The notes beneath the pieces were generated by a model. That model did not search any database. It was not told the origin of the DNA and saw nothing but the letters and a program-made list of their open reading frames with translations. 36,047 bases of DNA from a virus, in IMG/VR virus record IMGVR_UViG_2811994897_000004, one strand, 5' to 3'. Shown here in pieces: positions 8,082-18,607 of the stretch. Position numbers and translations under genes: made by a program. Positions within the stretch are counted from its first letter, which is position 1; each line of letters starts with the position of its first letter.

Positions 8082-8206
8082 TATTTACCTTCTTTTTCTT
8101 TTTCACGATATGAATCAATTAATACTTCATACTGTGCAATGACAAGTGTCATATTAGCGTTTTGTTGCAATAACTTTTGAATGACTTTTTCATTATCTGG
8201 TTGCAT
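8081..8206 (-). CDS. Hypothetical 41-aa protein
   Basis: Below the ORF-track cutoff. AGGAG lies 7 nt before the ATG. Translation: MQPDNEKVIQKLLQQNANMTLVIAQYEVLIDSYREKEKEGK. TAATG overlap with the fibre gene start. Confidence 0.45.
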   Translation of the reverse strand: MQPDNEKVIQKLLQQNANMTLVIAQYEVLIDSYREKEKEGK

Positions 8207-8208
8207 AA

Positions 8209-8424
8209 TTATTCTCCTAACTTAGTTGATAACATACTCTTTGAAATTTCATCAGCAATACGATCAAGCTTTTGTTGACCAGTCATATTTAACCAGTCAG
8301 CACGGCTAATAACAACTGTTCCTGTCTCGATTGACGTTCCGGATTCAAAGGTAACACCAAACACCAACTTAACTGTCTGTGTATCAGCATCCGGAATCTC
8401 ATTTTTCATTTGAATATTGTTCAT
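8209..8424 (-). CDS. Hypothetical tail-associated protein
   Basis: 71-aa ORF with ATGA overlap with the Tal stop. Confidence 0.6.
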   Translation of the reverse strand: MNNIQMKNEIPDADTQTVKLVFGVTFESGTSIETGTVVISRADWLNMTGQQKLDRIADEISKSMLSTKLGE

Positions 8425-11400
8425 TTTTCTTTTAACCTTTCAATTTCAAGTTTCTGTTCTAATACCATATTACGCAAGTTACGAATAACCGGTATCAATG
8501 CTGCGCCAATCTTTTCATATTGAATACCATGCAGTTCACCAGTTTTTTCATCTTTAATAACAAAGTCATCAAGATTAGCTTTCACCATATCTTCCGCAAG
8601 CAATCCGTAATATCTACGGTTACTCATGTCTATCTGATGATCTGGTTCAATACCGTTTTCCTTGTAGTTTCTGATTTGTTCATCATCGCCCTTATCTTGC
8701 CAAGTTAAAGGGTCAAGTGTTAATAGTTTCTCTCCAGCATCTCCTTTTGGATCATACTCTAGATTAGTCTTATATTTAACAGATGATGACAATGCTGTAA
8801 CTGCACCATCTAATGCTATCTGTAAACTAGCCCCACCAGAACCATACTTGATGTTACCAAGATACAAATAACCGTTTTGTCTAGCTTGAACCATCCAAAC
8901 ACCTTTGGAAGCCAGGCTGACATTTCCTTGGTTAGAATAAAGGTTTAATGTGTTAGATGAACCAACATAAAACTGTAAATCCTGACCTTGCTGTAATTTA
9001 GCTAAATCGGTTGTTGCGCCGTTTATTTGTTGCCAGCTTCTACCACTGATTAATTTAATCGTGTTAGCATAGACATCACCAGACGTATTAACAGAGAAAC
9101 GCGGGTTATTTTGATTATAACCAATATACATGCCATGACCGGTAAAGAATGAATAGCCACCAGTTTGACTTGGATTATCGGCATCTTCTTGAGATATACG
9201 CAATCCAGTCATGCCGAGTTCTGCATAAGTATTCAGCTTATTTGTTCCAGATTGTATACCAGAATCACGTTGTGTATACCAGGCGTACTGTTTTGTACTA
9301 CCAATGTAAGCATCTGGAGCCGTAACCGTACCGCTAATATTCAATCTCGTACCATCGCTACCCAGGCTATAAGTACCGATTTGATCTATTCTAATCCATG
9401 GATCTTGGTTACCGCTTGATTGATTTTGGTAGTAATATGGGTTATCTGTGAAATCGTATATTGTGCCCAATTGATTAGCATAGAAACGACCGCCGTTAGT
9501 AATCCCAACTTGCACACCAGTCAAATTACCAGTTGTGATGTTGCTGGCGTTGATATTAATAATGTTTGCTAAGTTGCCATCGAGTGTTCCAGCAACGATG
9601 TTTGAGGCGTTTAGGTTTTTGAAATTACCACCTTTAGCATAGAAATCACCAGTAACAGTTGTGTTTCCGTCAAGTGTTATTGCGTTGCCTTTAATGTAAA
9701 CGCCTTGCATATTTCCGCCAAAACCAGAAACAAGTTGACCATCTGAATTGATACCCATTTGATAACTATTTTGCGACAGCGATATTTGTGTTTTTGTATC
9801 TGCTTCAACGGTTGCAATAATAGAATTAGACGTTTGAGTTAATTGCGTCTGTATGCCTGTGTCATAATCAGTTATTTTACTGTTAGTATAGCCGTTTGCT
9901 TGCGTTAATGTGTTTGTATCACCGTTTTTTCTGTCTTGTATTTCAGTGGTAATTTGATCAGCCATTTGTGTTTGTGATGATTCAACGTGCGTCAAGTCAT
10001 CGCTAACACGACTTAATGTGCCTTCAGCAGTCTGCACACGATCGTTTGTTTGCTTAATGTCATCAGAATTTTTAGAAACGGATTCAGTAATTGATTGATT
10101 ATCAATCTTTATTTGACTAACATCGTTTTCTATTTTGAACGCACGATAATTAACTTGATCATCTAAATCTTTAACAGATTGTTTTGTTGCTGTCAAAGTT
10201 AAGGCGTCTGCATTTTGCTTTATCTCTGTCTCTGCTGACTGTACACGATCATCATTAGACTTTTGATAGTTTCCTATTGTTGTCTTAGCTTCATCAGCAG
10301 TTAATTGTGCCTGACCAACAGCAGTTGTTAAGTCACCAGTCTTTTGATCATAATCGGTTTGACTGACCTTAAGCTTCACTTCATCAAGCGCTTGTGTTGC
10401 TGTGCTCTGTGCAGTGCTTATTTTTCCGTCGGCATCAATTTTGTTTTGATTAATTGTGGTAGTAATTGATGATGCTGTGTCGTCTACTTTTTTATTAATA
10501 ACACCATCAGCTGACTGATAAGCAGCTGTTATATCTTGTTCTGCTTGCGATAAATTAGCCTGTGCACTATCATTTGCTGCAGATATTGCATCTTCCCGCG
10601 CTTTATCAGCCATCTTTTGTGCATTGTAATCAAAGTTACCAGCAGCAATCGCATCAGCAGCATTCTTTTTTGAAACTTCATCAATAGTATGATTAACTAA
10701 AACATTGTTATTTTCAATTGATGTGTCAGTGTATTGTTTGCTTTTAACTAAAGCGTCGTCTACCTGATGAGCAATATCTTGAGCAGTTGTCGGCGATATA
10801 ATCTTTTCCCATATAGTGCCATCATATATCCATATTTCCGTTTCTCCGGTTGGATAATATTTGAACCAAACATCGCCTTTTAATGGGTTTTCTGGGGGAT
10901 TAACACCATAAGTTACAGATTCACGACCTGTTTGAGAAATAGTAAACTGCGTCTGATTGCTTGTTGTTGACAACTGTGTTTTGATGTTGTTGATTTGAGA
11001 AGTAATACTACGCTGTGAAAGGTCATCACCAAGAGATATTTGCGTATTCTTTTCATTGATTAAATCATAATCTATTTCAAATACTCGTGTTTTATAACTA
11101 AGATTACGTTCACTGTGCATAATCATTACAGAATCACCAAGTGATAAGCCTTCAACATCTGCCACACTAGCAGAATATTGTACTTGTGGATGATTAACAG
11201 ACATCAACGTTTGATACGCTTGGTTGATTAATACATTTGGATCGTCTATCTGGTCATAAGTCTGTATCAACAAGCGTGCATTGCCACTAATTTGACCCCA
11301 TTCAGCAGTTGCGTATGGATCGTTAAGAATAATATCACCCTTAGCTTTATTTAAAGGGCTGCCTTTTGATTTATCCCAAACAACGTCTGCTATGTCAATT

Positions 11401-12086
11401 CTGCGCCCGTAACCATCAGGCGAACCGTCCTTACCACTGCTAACCAATTCTCCCTTACCGCGTGGCAATATCGCGGTGTAAATTGAGCTAGTATCTTTCT
11501 TTCGCGTTACTGTTAGTAAGTTACTTCCTTGCACAAATACTTTTGATGTATCTTTCCCAATTACAGCCATGTAGTCCATATACTTACCGACAATTTTGTT
11601 ACCTTTAATGTCGATATAAAAGTATATTTCACCACCAAGTAATTCAATAACATTACTAATCGCTTCCAAGTGGGTGATATAATAAAAGTTTGTTTTTGCT
11701 GTTTTGGCAACGTTATAGTTATTTAATACCCAACCGGTTCCATCTAATGCCATCGTCATTAAAGTTTTTGCATCGGATTCCTGTGGGCGCTTGTCTTGAA
11801 TATATCCGTTTGTTGCTAATTCTTGATAGGCATATTCAAATGCCGAATATTCAATATTTTCGTTATTATCAACTCGAGAAGTTAACCGTAAGAATATAAA
11901 TCGTTCTTTATTTAACGGGTGTGGCAACGCGATATACTTTGAATTTTCTAACAAAGCATTTGATGGCGGTAAAGTAAAGGTTAATTCAGCAGCAGAATTT
12001 GTTTTAAATTTTAAATGACCTTCTATTAATTTGCTTGAATCAAAGTTACCAATGATATTTTGTTGTTTATCGAATATGTATATCAT
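8421..12086 (-). CDS. Tail-associated lysin or tail tip protein (Tal) with a C-terminal intramolecular-chaperone (peptidase S74-like) domain
   Basis: 1221 aa directly after Dit. The N-terminal about 380 aa are Tal/endopeptidase-tail-like. A long Q/T/D-rich coiled region follows. The C-terminus ...SSSVKYKTNLEYD...GLLAEDM...YEKIGAALIPVIRNLRNM... fits auto-cleaving chaperone domains. Confidence 0.8.
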   Translation of the reverse strand: MIYIFDKQQNIIGNFDSSKLIEGHLKFKTNSAAELTFTLPPSNALLENSKYIALPHPLNKERFIFLRLTSRVDNNENIEYSAFEYAYQELATNGYIQDKRPQESDAKTLMTMALDGTGWVLNNYNVAKTAKTNFYYITHLEAISNVIELLGGEIYFYIDIKGNKIVGKYMDYMAVIGKDTSKVFVQGSNLLTVTRKKDTSSIYTAILPRGKGELVSSGKDGSPDGYGRRIDIADVVWDKSKGSPLNKAKGDIILNDPYATAEWGQISGNARLLIQTYDQIDDPNVLINQAYQTLMSVNHPQVQYSASVADVEGLSLGDSVMIMHSERNLSYKTRVFEIDYDLINEKNTQISLGDDLSQRSITSQINNIKTQLSTTSNQTQFTISQTGRESVTYGVNPPENPLKGDVWFKYYPTGETEIWIYDGTIWEKIISPTTAQDIAHQVDDALVKSKQYTDTSIENNNVLVNHTIDEVSKKNAADAIAAGNFDYNAQKMADKAREDAISAANDSAQANLSQAEQDITAAYQSADGVINKKVDDTASSITTTINQNKIDADGKISTAQSTATQALDEVKLKVSQTDYDQKTGDLTTAVGQAQLTADEAKTTIGNYQKSNDDRVQSAETEIKQNADALTLTATKQSVKDLDDQVNYRAFKIENDVSQIKIDNQSITESVSKNSDDIKQTNDRVQTAEGTLSRVSDDLTHVESSQTQMADQITTEIQDRKNGDTNTLTQANGYTNSKITDYDTGIQTQLTQTSNSIIATVEADTKTQISLSQNSYQMGINSDGQLVSGFGGNMQGVYIKGNAITLDGNTTVTGDFYAKGGNFKNLNASNIVAGTLDGNLANIININASNITTGNLTGVQVGITNGGRFYANQLGTIYDFTDNPYYYQNQSSGNQDPWIRIDQIGTYSLGSDGTRLNISGTVTAPDAYIGSTKQYAWYTQRDSGIQSGTNKLNTYAELGMTGLRISQEDADNPSQTGGYSFFTGHGMYIGYNQNNPRFSVNTSGDVYANTIKLISGRSWQQINGATTDLAKLQQGQDLQFYVGSSNTLNLYSNQGNVSLASKGVWMVQARQNGYLYLGNIKYGSGGASLQIALDGAVTALSSSVKYKTNLEYDPKGDAGEKLLTLDPLTWQDKGDDEQIRNYKENGIEPDHQIDMSNRRYYGLLAEDMVKANLDDFVIKDEKTGELHGIQYEKIGAALIPVIRNLRNMVLEQKLEIERLKEK

Positions 12087-12874
12087 AGTAACCTCACTCT
12101 ATATTTAACATCTATGTTTGAAGCATTATCACAACTAATAACAGAACCGTTCATTACTTTAGCTTCAAATATATTTGTTTGCATAATGTCAACACCGGAT
12201 AATATACTGTTGTACGCTTGTGTTATTGTCAGACTATTAAAGTCAATCACAATGACAGCACCTTGCGTAAATGAGCCACTAATAACCAGCTTATAGTTAT
12301 CAATCATTAAAGTTAATATATTAGTATCTGCTCCAACAGTTAAAGTTATTGAATCAATTGGTTGTTTATACATCAATTGTGGATCGTTAATTAATACTTT
12401 ATTTGTTCCGCTGATTAACTTAGATTGACCATTTCTGAAAGGATTAGTCATTTTGATCACGATTGAACCAGTCGTTTGAATAACACCAGCATCATCTAAA
12501 GTTAAAGATGTCACTGTACCATAACGGCTAAATTCATTCTCATCTGCAAAGAAAAATGGTTGTTCGTCTCCTTGTAACAAAAACTTTAATCTTGTATATT
12601 TTTTGTTGAAATCGTCAATACTATCTGCATTTAATTGATATTTAATTGTAATTTCGTGGGCGTCTAACTTACTTGATACAAAAAGCTCGCCGTCTGACGT
12701 ACTACTAGCAGTATTCACGGTGCGTGTAAAATTTTCACGTCCTGATACGTTTAGCGTGCGATAGCCTGCGAGCTCCTTATCTAAGTTCACGCCCCCAAAT
12801 GTCAATGCCTCTGGTAACAATCTCTCTAAAGATGATTGCGCCGTCAATGGCTGAAAGTCATATAGGTTTGTCAT
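12083..12874 (-). CDS. Distal tail protein (Dit)
   Basis: 263 aa, located between the tape measure and Tal. ATGA overlap with Tal. Confidence 0.75.
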   Translation of the reverse strand: MTNLYDFQPLTAQSSLERLLPEALTFGGVNLDKELAGYRTLNVSGRENFTRTVNTASSTSDGELFVSSKLDAHEITIKYQLNADSIDDFNKKYTRLKFLLQGDEQPFFFADENEFSRYGTVTSLTLDDAGVIQTTGSIVIKMTNPFRNGQSKLISGTNKVLINDPQLMYKQPIDSITLTVGADTNILTLMIDNYKLVISGSFTQGAVIVIDFNSLTITQAYNSILSGVDIMQTNIFEAKVMNGSVISCDNASNIDVKYRVRLL

Positions 12875-12910
12875 AATTAATTCCTTATAGAATAAGTATA
12901 CACTATTTTG

Positions 12911-15900
12911 TTATAAATATACACTGTTTGTGCGCTTTAATGTAGCCGCCTGTCCTTGTCTGTCTGAAATGTTGTCAACATATGCGTTATAAGTGTCTTG
13001 ACCCATGCTTAAGTTAACATTCATTGGGCGTTGTGTCTTTGCCATATCAACCGATAATGAACCGTTATTAACATCTAATCCGTTTGAAAGCGATGTATTA
13101 ACGTTGAAATCACCAGAGCCATCTAATGCATCTTGGATAAACGGCGCAACACCTTGTACGGTTTGCTTAACATCATTGAAGCTTTCTTGCAAACTTTCAT
13201 TAAATCCACCCATAATCGCCTTACCAGCTGGTATCAATAATCGCCTATCGTAAGAAATTGGTCCTTTGTGGTCACGAATCCAGTTAGCGATACCGCCAAC
13301 GAAACTTGTTATCGGTCCCCACATAGACTTCAATCCGTTTAAGAATCCGCCCATGATAGCACCACCTGCACCAAACAAACTAATGCCGCTGATTCCGTCA
13401 GCTACTGATCTCGCTGCGCCATTTCCAGAATTATTTGCCTTACCATATCCATCCATTATTCCTTGAACAAAAATATTAAGCAAGTTGCTTCCAGAACGCA
13501 TTATTTGTCCAAGTGCGTTACCAACACCGTAAACAAACTTTTCAACAGCCTGTACAGCAACGCCAGCTAACCGCGGAATCGCATTTACAATACCGATGAT
13601 AAACTTAGCAAGCAAGTTAACGCCAGCATCTATTATCTTGCCTAAATTATCGCCAACTGCTCCGATAAACGTGACAATAAAATTAACGACCGTATTGACT
13701 ATTCTAGGAATTGTTTTAGCTATTCCATTAATTAAATTAATCAAAAGATTAACACCAGCAGCGACAATATCAGGTAATTTACCAGCTATTGTATTAATGA
13801 TGGTGACGATGAAATCAATAATAGCCGGAACTACCTGTGGCACAGCTTGTGTTATACCTTGAATAAATGTAACAATTAGGTTAACTCCTGAAGCGATTAA
13901 TTGTGGTAAGTTTTCAGCTATTGTGTCCATGATGACAACAAACATGTTTATAAGCGCCGGCACAATTTGTGGAACAGCTGTAACAATTCCGTTAATGATA
14001 GCAAGTATAAGATTAATCCCTTGCTGTACCAAAGTTGGCAGATTAGCAACAATTGTGCTAACAATCGTAACAATCAAGTTCATTATCACTGGTGCTATTT
14101 GGGGGATAGCCGTGATGATTCCCTGCAAGAAGTTAACTATCAAATTAACGCCAGCTTGAATAAATTGTGGCATTTGAATCGCAATAACTTGGATAATATT
14201 AATTATCATTGTTGTGAATTGTAATATAATCAATGGTGCTTGTTGCATGATAGACATTAAGAATCCAGCTACCATTGCTGCGAACCCGGCGCCGACAGCA
14301 CCCATTGTTGTAATCATATTTGTCGCACTAATATTAACATTGTTCAGTGTTGTGATTAACAAAGCCAAACCAGCAGATGCCAACCCAATACCAACACCAG
14401 CTGCTAATATTGCTGCACCAAAAACACCAATCCCGACAGCACCGGCAGTTAGTAGTGGACTTAATAAAGCGAAAGCCGCTGCTACTGCCGAGATCGTCAA
14501 TCCAAACGTGATCATAGTATCTTGACCTTGTTTACCAGTTTTAGCAAGTGCTGTTAATGCCAATGCTAAACCAGTCAAACCACCAAGCATAACGCCTATC
14601 CCAACAGCCCCAGATGTTAACGCACCACCAAGCAGTGCGAATTCAGCAGTAAGAAGTCCAACGGCAATGCCGAACGCCTTTAATGTGTTTGTACCTTGAT
14701 CTCCTTGAGAAGCCAATGAACTAATGCCAAATGCTAAAGTACCTAATCCAGCAGCAGCTATACCAACACCAGCACCAACTTCTAAGGTTTTCAAAGCCAA
14801 GTTACTAAAAGGCTTTGTTGCTTTTGAAGCTGAAGAAGCAGCCTTTTCTGCCCCGCTTCCAAATGGTATGATATGACCAACTAGAGAACCGAACGTTGAT
14901 GACAATAATTTAGCAGGAGAAAGTATAAGTGACAATATACGTGGTATGCGAGACAAAATCGCGATTGCTCCTAATACCCCAGTTAAAGCAAATGCGCTTT
15001 GTAGTGCGCGTCCTGTATTTGAACCCTGACCGTTGATGCTCCCTAAAATGTCATACAGTTGTTTGAATTTATCAAATAATGTTTTTGTTACATCATATAC
15101 AACATGCAGAGTTGCAACAACAATGTTCCAAACGGTTGCGGCAGCACCACTTTCAACAATTTTAGTTGCTAACACACCAAAAACCAAAACCATTTGAGTA
15201 GCTACCTTTATAACGGATTGTAAAACATTATTTATTTTTGTGAACACCTTTTCCCAATTGACGCTATCAATAGCTTTAGCTAATTTGTTACCAAATGCTT
15301 CGCCAACTTGTTGCATAACGTTCATTACTGTTGATCCGAATTTAGATATTGTGCTCGTTGAAGTTTTAGCACTTTTATTAAATACGTTACTGAAAGCGTT
15401 ACCAATATTTTGTACTGCTTTTCTAAAAGGTTCTGAATACTTATAAGCTAAAGATAAAGCTGACGCAAAAGCTATCATAGCAGTGATTGCTAAACCAAGT
15501 GGCGTGACAAACAAAGAACCCATTGAAACGCCTATTGCTTTTACCGTATCTTTTATTTTTGTAGCGTTAGTCAAGAAACCACCAATAGCTAATGTGGCAG
15601 AACCAATCGCCGGAGATAAACCAATAAACTGACGAATAACTTGTGCAAAGGCGCTGTTGCTATCACCAGCCCATGTTAATGCACCGTTAGTCATATCTAA
15701 GAATGCACCAGTAACGCCAGCGCTTCCAGCCATAGCCTTATTACTCAACGACTCCCAGTTACCGCCGACTTGTTCAATCTTAGAACCAAGGTTTTTCTGC
15801 ATTTCGTTAGCTTGTTCACGCAAGAACTCTGTTGCCGTTTTAGTATCAGCAGTAGCGTTCTGCATTTGATTAGCAAATGCTGACCAGCTTGTTGTCGTGT

Positions 15901-16843
15901 TATCTGTCTTGTCTTTAACAGAATCAAGCAATGGCAATACAGCAGCCATACCAGCTGTACCAAACATTGTCTTCAAAGCCTTAGCTTTTTCAGATGATGT
16001 CATACCAGCCATAGAGTCACCGATTTCATTCAAAATTGTTGGCAACGGCTTCATATTTCCTTGCGCGTCTGTCATACTTAACCCGAGGTCGTGCATTTGT
16101 TCAGCGCCCTTTTTACTTGGTGCTTGCATAAGCAATAGCGCATGGTTTAAATCTTGCGATGCTTGAGCAGAACTGAATCCACGGTTAGTTAATAGTCCTA
16201 ACGCGATTGATACTGTTTGCATATCAACGCCGGCGTTTTGAGCTGTACCGCCAATAGTAGCTAAAGCTTGTTGCATGTCTTCAATAGACGCGTTAGACAA
16301 ATTGGCTGTTTGCGTCAATATAGCAGCTGCTTGTTGTGGGCTTGCTAAAGCCTTACCCCAAATGTTCATAGATTGCTGTACAACTGAAGCGGTAGTTTGT
16401 AAATCAGCACCGGCAGCTGTGGCAGCTTGCGCAATAGCAGGAAACTCTTTCTTAATCGTGCTAATTGAAGCGCCATCACGAGCCATAGCAACCATGGCGT
16501 TAGCCGCGTCTTGCGCACTTAATGGTAATTCAGCACCTAACCGGTTAGCCACATCGGCCAATCCACCGATGTCTTTAGACGTTCCACCGGCGATAACAGC
16601 TGCTTTGTTCAGCGATGATTCAAAGTCTCCAAATCCCACAACAGCTTTAACACCCATTGCTGTTGTGGCTGCACCAACACCAATCATTGTCTTACCAATG
16701 GCACCTGTTGCTGTTGATATAGCGCTAGATAGTGAACTAGAACTATCTTTAACACTTTGCATACTATTGATAGCTTCGCGAGCTCCACTAGTTATGCCTG
16801 ATGTATCGGCTGTAAATATTGCTTTTACTTCTTGTTCAGCCAT
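12911..16843 (-). CDS. Tape measure protein
   Basis: 1310 aa, Ala/Gly-rich with TM-like glycine zippers and 44-aa tandem repeats. It follows the G/GT chaperone genes. Confidence 0.9.
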   Translation of the reverse strand: MAEQEVKAIFTADTSGITSGAREAINSMQSVKDSSSSLSSAISTATGAIGKTMIGVGAATTAMGVKAVVGFGDFESSLNKAAVIAGGTSKDIGGLADVANRLGAELPLSAQDAANAMVAMARDGASISTIKKEFPAIAQAATAAGADLQTTASVVQQSMNIWGKALASPQQAAAILTQTANLSNASIEDMQQALATIGGTAQNAGVDMQTVSIALGLLTNRGFSSAQASQDLNHALLLMQAPSKKGAEQMHDLGLSMTDAQGNMKPLPTILNEIGDSMAGMTSSEKAKALKTMFGTAGMAAVLPLLDSVKDKTDNTTTSWSAFANQMQNATADTKTATEFLREQANEMQKNLGSKIEQVGGNWESLSNKAMAGSAGVTGAFLDMTNGALTWAGDSNSAFAQVIRQFIGLSPAIGSATLAIGGFLTNATKIKDTVKAIGVSMGSLFVTPLGLAITAMIAFASALSLAYKYSEPFRKAVQNIGNAFSNVFNKSAKTSTSTISKFGSTVMNVMQQVGEAFGNKLAKAIDSVNWEKVFTKINNVLQSVIKVATQMVLVFGVLATKIVESGAAATVWNIVVATLHVVYDVTKTLFDKFKQLYDILGSINGQGSNTGRALQSAFALTGVLGAIAILSRIPRILSLILSPAKLLSSTFGSLVGHIIPFGSGAEKAASSASKATKPFSNLALKTLEVGAGVGIAAAGLGTLAFGISSLASQGDQGTNTLKAFGIAVGLLTAEFALLGGALTSGAVGIGVMLGGLTGLALALTALAKTGKQGQDTMITFGLTISAVAAAFALLSPLLTAGAVGIGVFGAAILAAGVGIGLASAGLALLITTLNNVNISATNMITTMGAVGAGFAAMVAGFLMSIMQQAPLIILQFTTMIINIIQVIAIQMPQFIQAGVNLIVNFLQGIITAIPQIAPVIMNLIVTIVSTIVANLPTLVQQGINLILAIINGIVTAVPQIVPALINMFVVIMDTIAENLPQLIASGVNLIVTFIQGITQAVPQVVPAIIDFIVTIINTIAGKLPDIVAAGVNLLINLINGIAKTIPRIVNTVVNFIVTFIGAVGDNLGKIIDAGVNLLAKFIIGIVNAIPRLAGVAVQAVEKFVYGVGNALGQIMRSGSNLLNIFVQGIMDGYGKANNSGNGAARSVADGISGISLFGAGGAIMGGFLNGLKSMWGPITSFVGGIANWIRDHKGPISYDRRLLIPAGKAIMGGFNESLQESFNDVKQTVQGVAPFIQDALDGSGDFNVNTSLSNGLDVNNGSLSVDMAKTQRPMNVNLSMGQDTYNAYVDNISDRQGQAATLKRTNSVYL
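13440..14175 (-). repeat. In-frame tandem repeats (132-bp / 44-aa period, about 5.5 units) inside the tape measure gene
   Basis: Units start MPQFIQAGVNL, LPTLVQQGINL, LPQLIASGVNL, LPDIVAAGVNL, LGKIIDAGVNL and LGQIMRSGSNL. The first two starts map exactly 132 nt apart (14173 and 14041). Confidence 0.8.
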
Positions 16844-17611
16844 CTTTTTGTCCTTTTTTTAGTTTATTCAGAAGTTCAAAATCGCTTTGAGTGAATTGCT
16901 TTGCGCGTTCCAATCTTTCAGCAGTTTCGGCAGCAAACTTCTCCGGAAAGTATCTTTTTTCAATCGAACGTATGTTCTTTTTGTTTGTCTTACCATAAAA
17001 CATTTCAAAATCTTTATAAAAAGGATCGCCGCTTTTTTTGGTTGCTTTTGCTTGTTGGTTAGCAAACGATTGCATATTTATTTCATATCTTCTGTCTTCC
17101 AAAGCCAATTGTGCAGCTTCCATATAAAGGTTGTAAGTCACAATGTCCATACGTTCAATATCTTCAATACTGATTCTATTAAAATAGCGCAGCCCGTCCA
17201 CTATTAATCTGTGATACGTGACTGCGCTATTCTCCAATTCTTTTAGTTCTTGGCTTGCTCCGCTGCTAGAGCTTTCATTTTTCCCGCCGTGGCATTAGAA
17301 TGTGAAAGGACGTCAACAACTTCAGCAATCAAGTCTTCAATTTCTTCAAGTGACAAACCCTCTTCAAGCCAATCGTTCAATTCCTTAACTGAAACCTTTG
17401 GTGATTCAGTCTCGTTGGCAATCTTTAACACTTCTGATAAGACTACCAAATCATTAGCGTTCTTTAGTTGTGCCAACTTGATTGACGAACCAACCGAGAA
17501 TGGAATTCCTTCTTGCTTGATTGATACAAGTTTGTCAAGTTCAGCGACAAATCGCAAACCAAACTTAAAATTGTATGACTTGCCGTTAATTTCTTTTGTA
17601 ATTGCATTCAT
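16836..17611 (-). CDS. Tail assembly chaperone GT, product of a -1 programmed frameshift (G frame to about 17279, then the T frame to 16836)
   Basis: ORF 16836-17237 is in the -1 frame relative to 17243-17611. That frame stays open upstream across the slippery heptamer G GGA AAA. This is the canonical position between the major tail and tape measure genes. Confidence 0.7.
17243..17611 (-). CDS. Tail assembly chaperone G
   Basis: 122-aa acidic protein between the major tail protein and the tape measure. Confidence 0.75.
   Translation of the reverse strand: MNAITKEINGKSYNFKFGLRFVAELDKLVSIKQEGIPFSVGSSIKLAQLKNANDLVVLSEVLKIANETESPKVSVKELNDWLEEGLSLEEIEDLIAEVVDVLSHSNATAGKMKALAAEQAKN
17279..17285 (-). 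other. -1 slippery heptamer GGGAAAA (G GGA AAA in the G frame)
   Basis: Read directly: ...GCG GGA AAA ATG AAA..., lying 36 nt before the G stop. Confidence 0.7.
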
Positions 17612-17687
17612 TGTTTTCGTCCTCCGCGACGTTAATTAATTGGGCTTCACACCCCATTCGAACGACTAACGTTGTTGAACTATATTA

Positions 17688-18203
17688 TTAACCAGCTGGT
17701 GGTGTAGTTACTTTTTCAATACCAGTAAATCCGTATTGTGAATCAGTTGTTGAAGCGTCAAATGTAACCTCACCATCAACTGGGATCCCATCAACCGCAA
17801 CTTCAACAGAAGCTGTTGAGAATGCATCAGCATCAGCATCTTCTTCAAAAGATGTTACTGTACCTTGCATATATGTTGCCTTAACTGTTCCTTCTGCTGA
17901 ACCTGAAACACCTGTAAAGATACGCCAGTATTCCATCTTTTCGCCAGAATTCATTGCTGCTTCTTGCATTTTAATCACGTCACCATCATTGGCAACCATT
18001 TCAACTTTAAGAGTTGTTTCCAACGTTCCTTGTGCGTTGACAGTGCCTGATTTTGTAGCAGTTGCTTTACTGTCACGTGACTTTTTGTAGTTATGTGTTG
18101 TTTCAAACGCAAACTTTAAACCTGCATCCGTACCTTGCTTAGCAAGTGGACGACTGGCGATGATAACCTTACCACCGTAAACTGTTTTTGCTGTTTCAGC
18201 CAT
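17688..18203 (-). CDS. Major tail protein
   Basis: 171 aa with SD AGGAG. Position between the tail terminator-like gene and the chaperones. Confidence 0.75.
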   Translation of the reverse strand: MAETAKTVYGGKVIIASRPLAKQGTDAGLKFAFETTHNYKKSRDSKATATKSGTVNAQGTLETTLKVEMVANDGDVIKMQEAAMNSGEKMEYWRIFTGVSGSAEGTVKATYMQGTVTSFEEDADADAFSTASVEVAVDGIPVDGEVTFDASTTDSQYGFTGIEKVTTPPAG

Positions 18204-18211
18204 GTTGTCTC

Positions 18212-18607
18212 CTAATAGATTTTATAAGTAATATCCAATGTACCATGCCATATTGTTGCGTTGTCGATGTTTTCTTCAGTCACAGTGTTAACTGTCACGA
18301 TTGGATCGACGACAACACGATAACTTTCAGTCTCACTGATTGGCAATAGTAATGAATATAATTGTTGTTGCAGCTCTGAAAGCTGCCATCTTTGTTCAGA
18401 TGCACCAAACGTGTTAAGTGTTATAGAAACAGTTCCCTGCATTGCTGACTTATTAGGTTGCATTTGTAGTGACACATTACCACAATAAACGTAAGGCATC
18501 TCCGTAAATGTTTCTTTGAAGTTGGGTAATGTAGAGAACCATTGAACACCATTGTCAATCAGAACATCAGACACTTTTTCATATAACTCTTGGTCTGGTA
18601 AACTCAT
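18212..18607 (-). CDS. Tail completion or terminator-like protein
   Basis: 131 aa. Call is positional (last connector gene before the major tail protein). ATGA coupling. Confidence 0.55.
   Translation of the reverse strand: MSLPDQELYEKVSDVLIDNGVQWFSTLPNFKETFTEMPYVYCGNVSLQMQPNKSAMQGTVSITLNTFGASEQRWQLSELQQQLYSLLLPISETESYRVVVDPIVTVNTVTEENIDNATIWHGTLDITYKIY

Noticed and set aside
12911-17639. Many long plus-strand ORFs (for example 16275-16862 at 195 aa, 14214-14525, 17250-17639) antisense to the tape measure and chaperone genes.
   Set aside because: They are shadow ORFs caused by Ala/Gly/Ile-rich, stop-poor repetitive coding on the other strand. They have no SDs and low-complexity translations.
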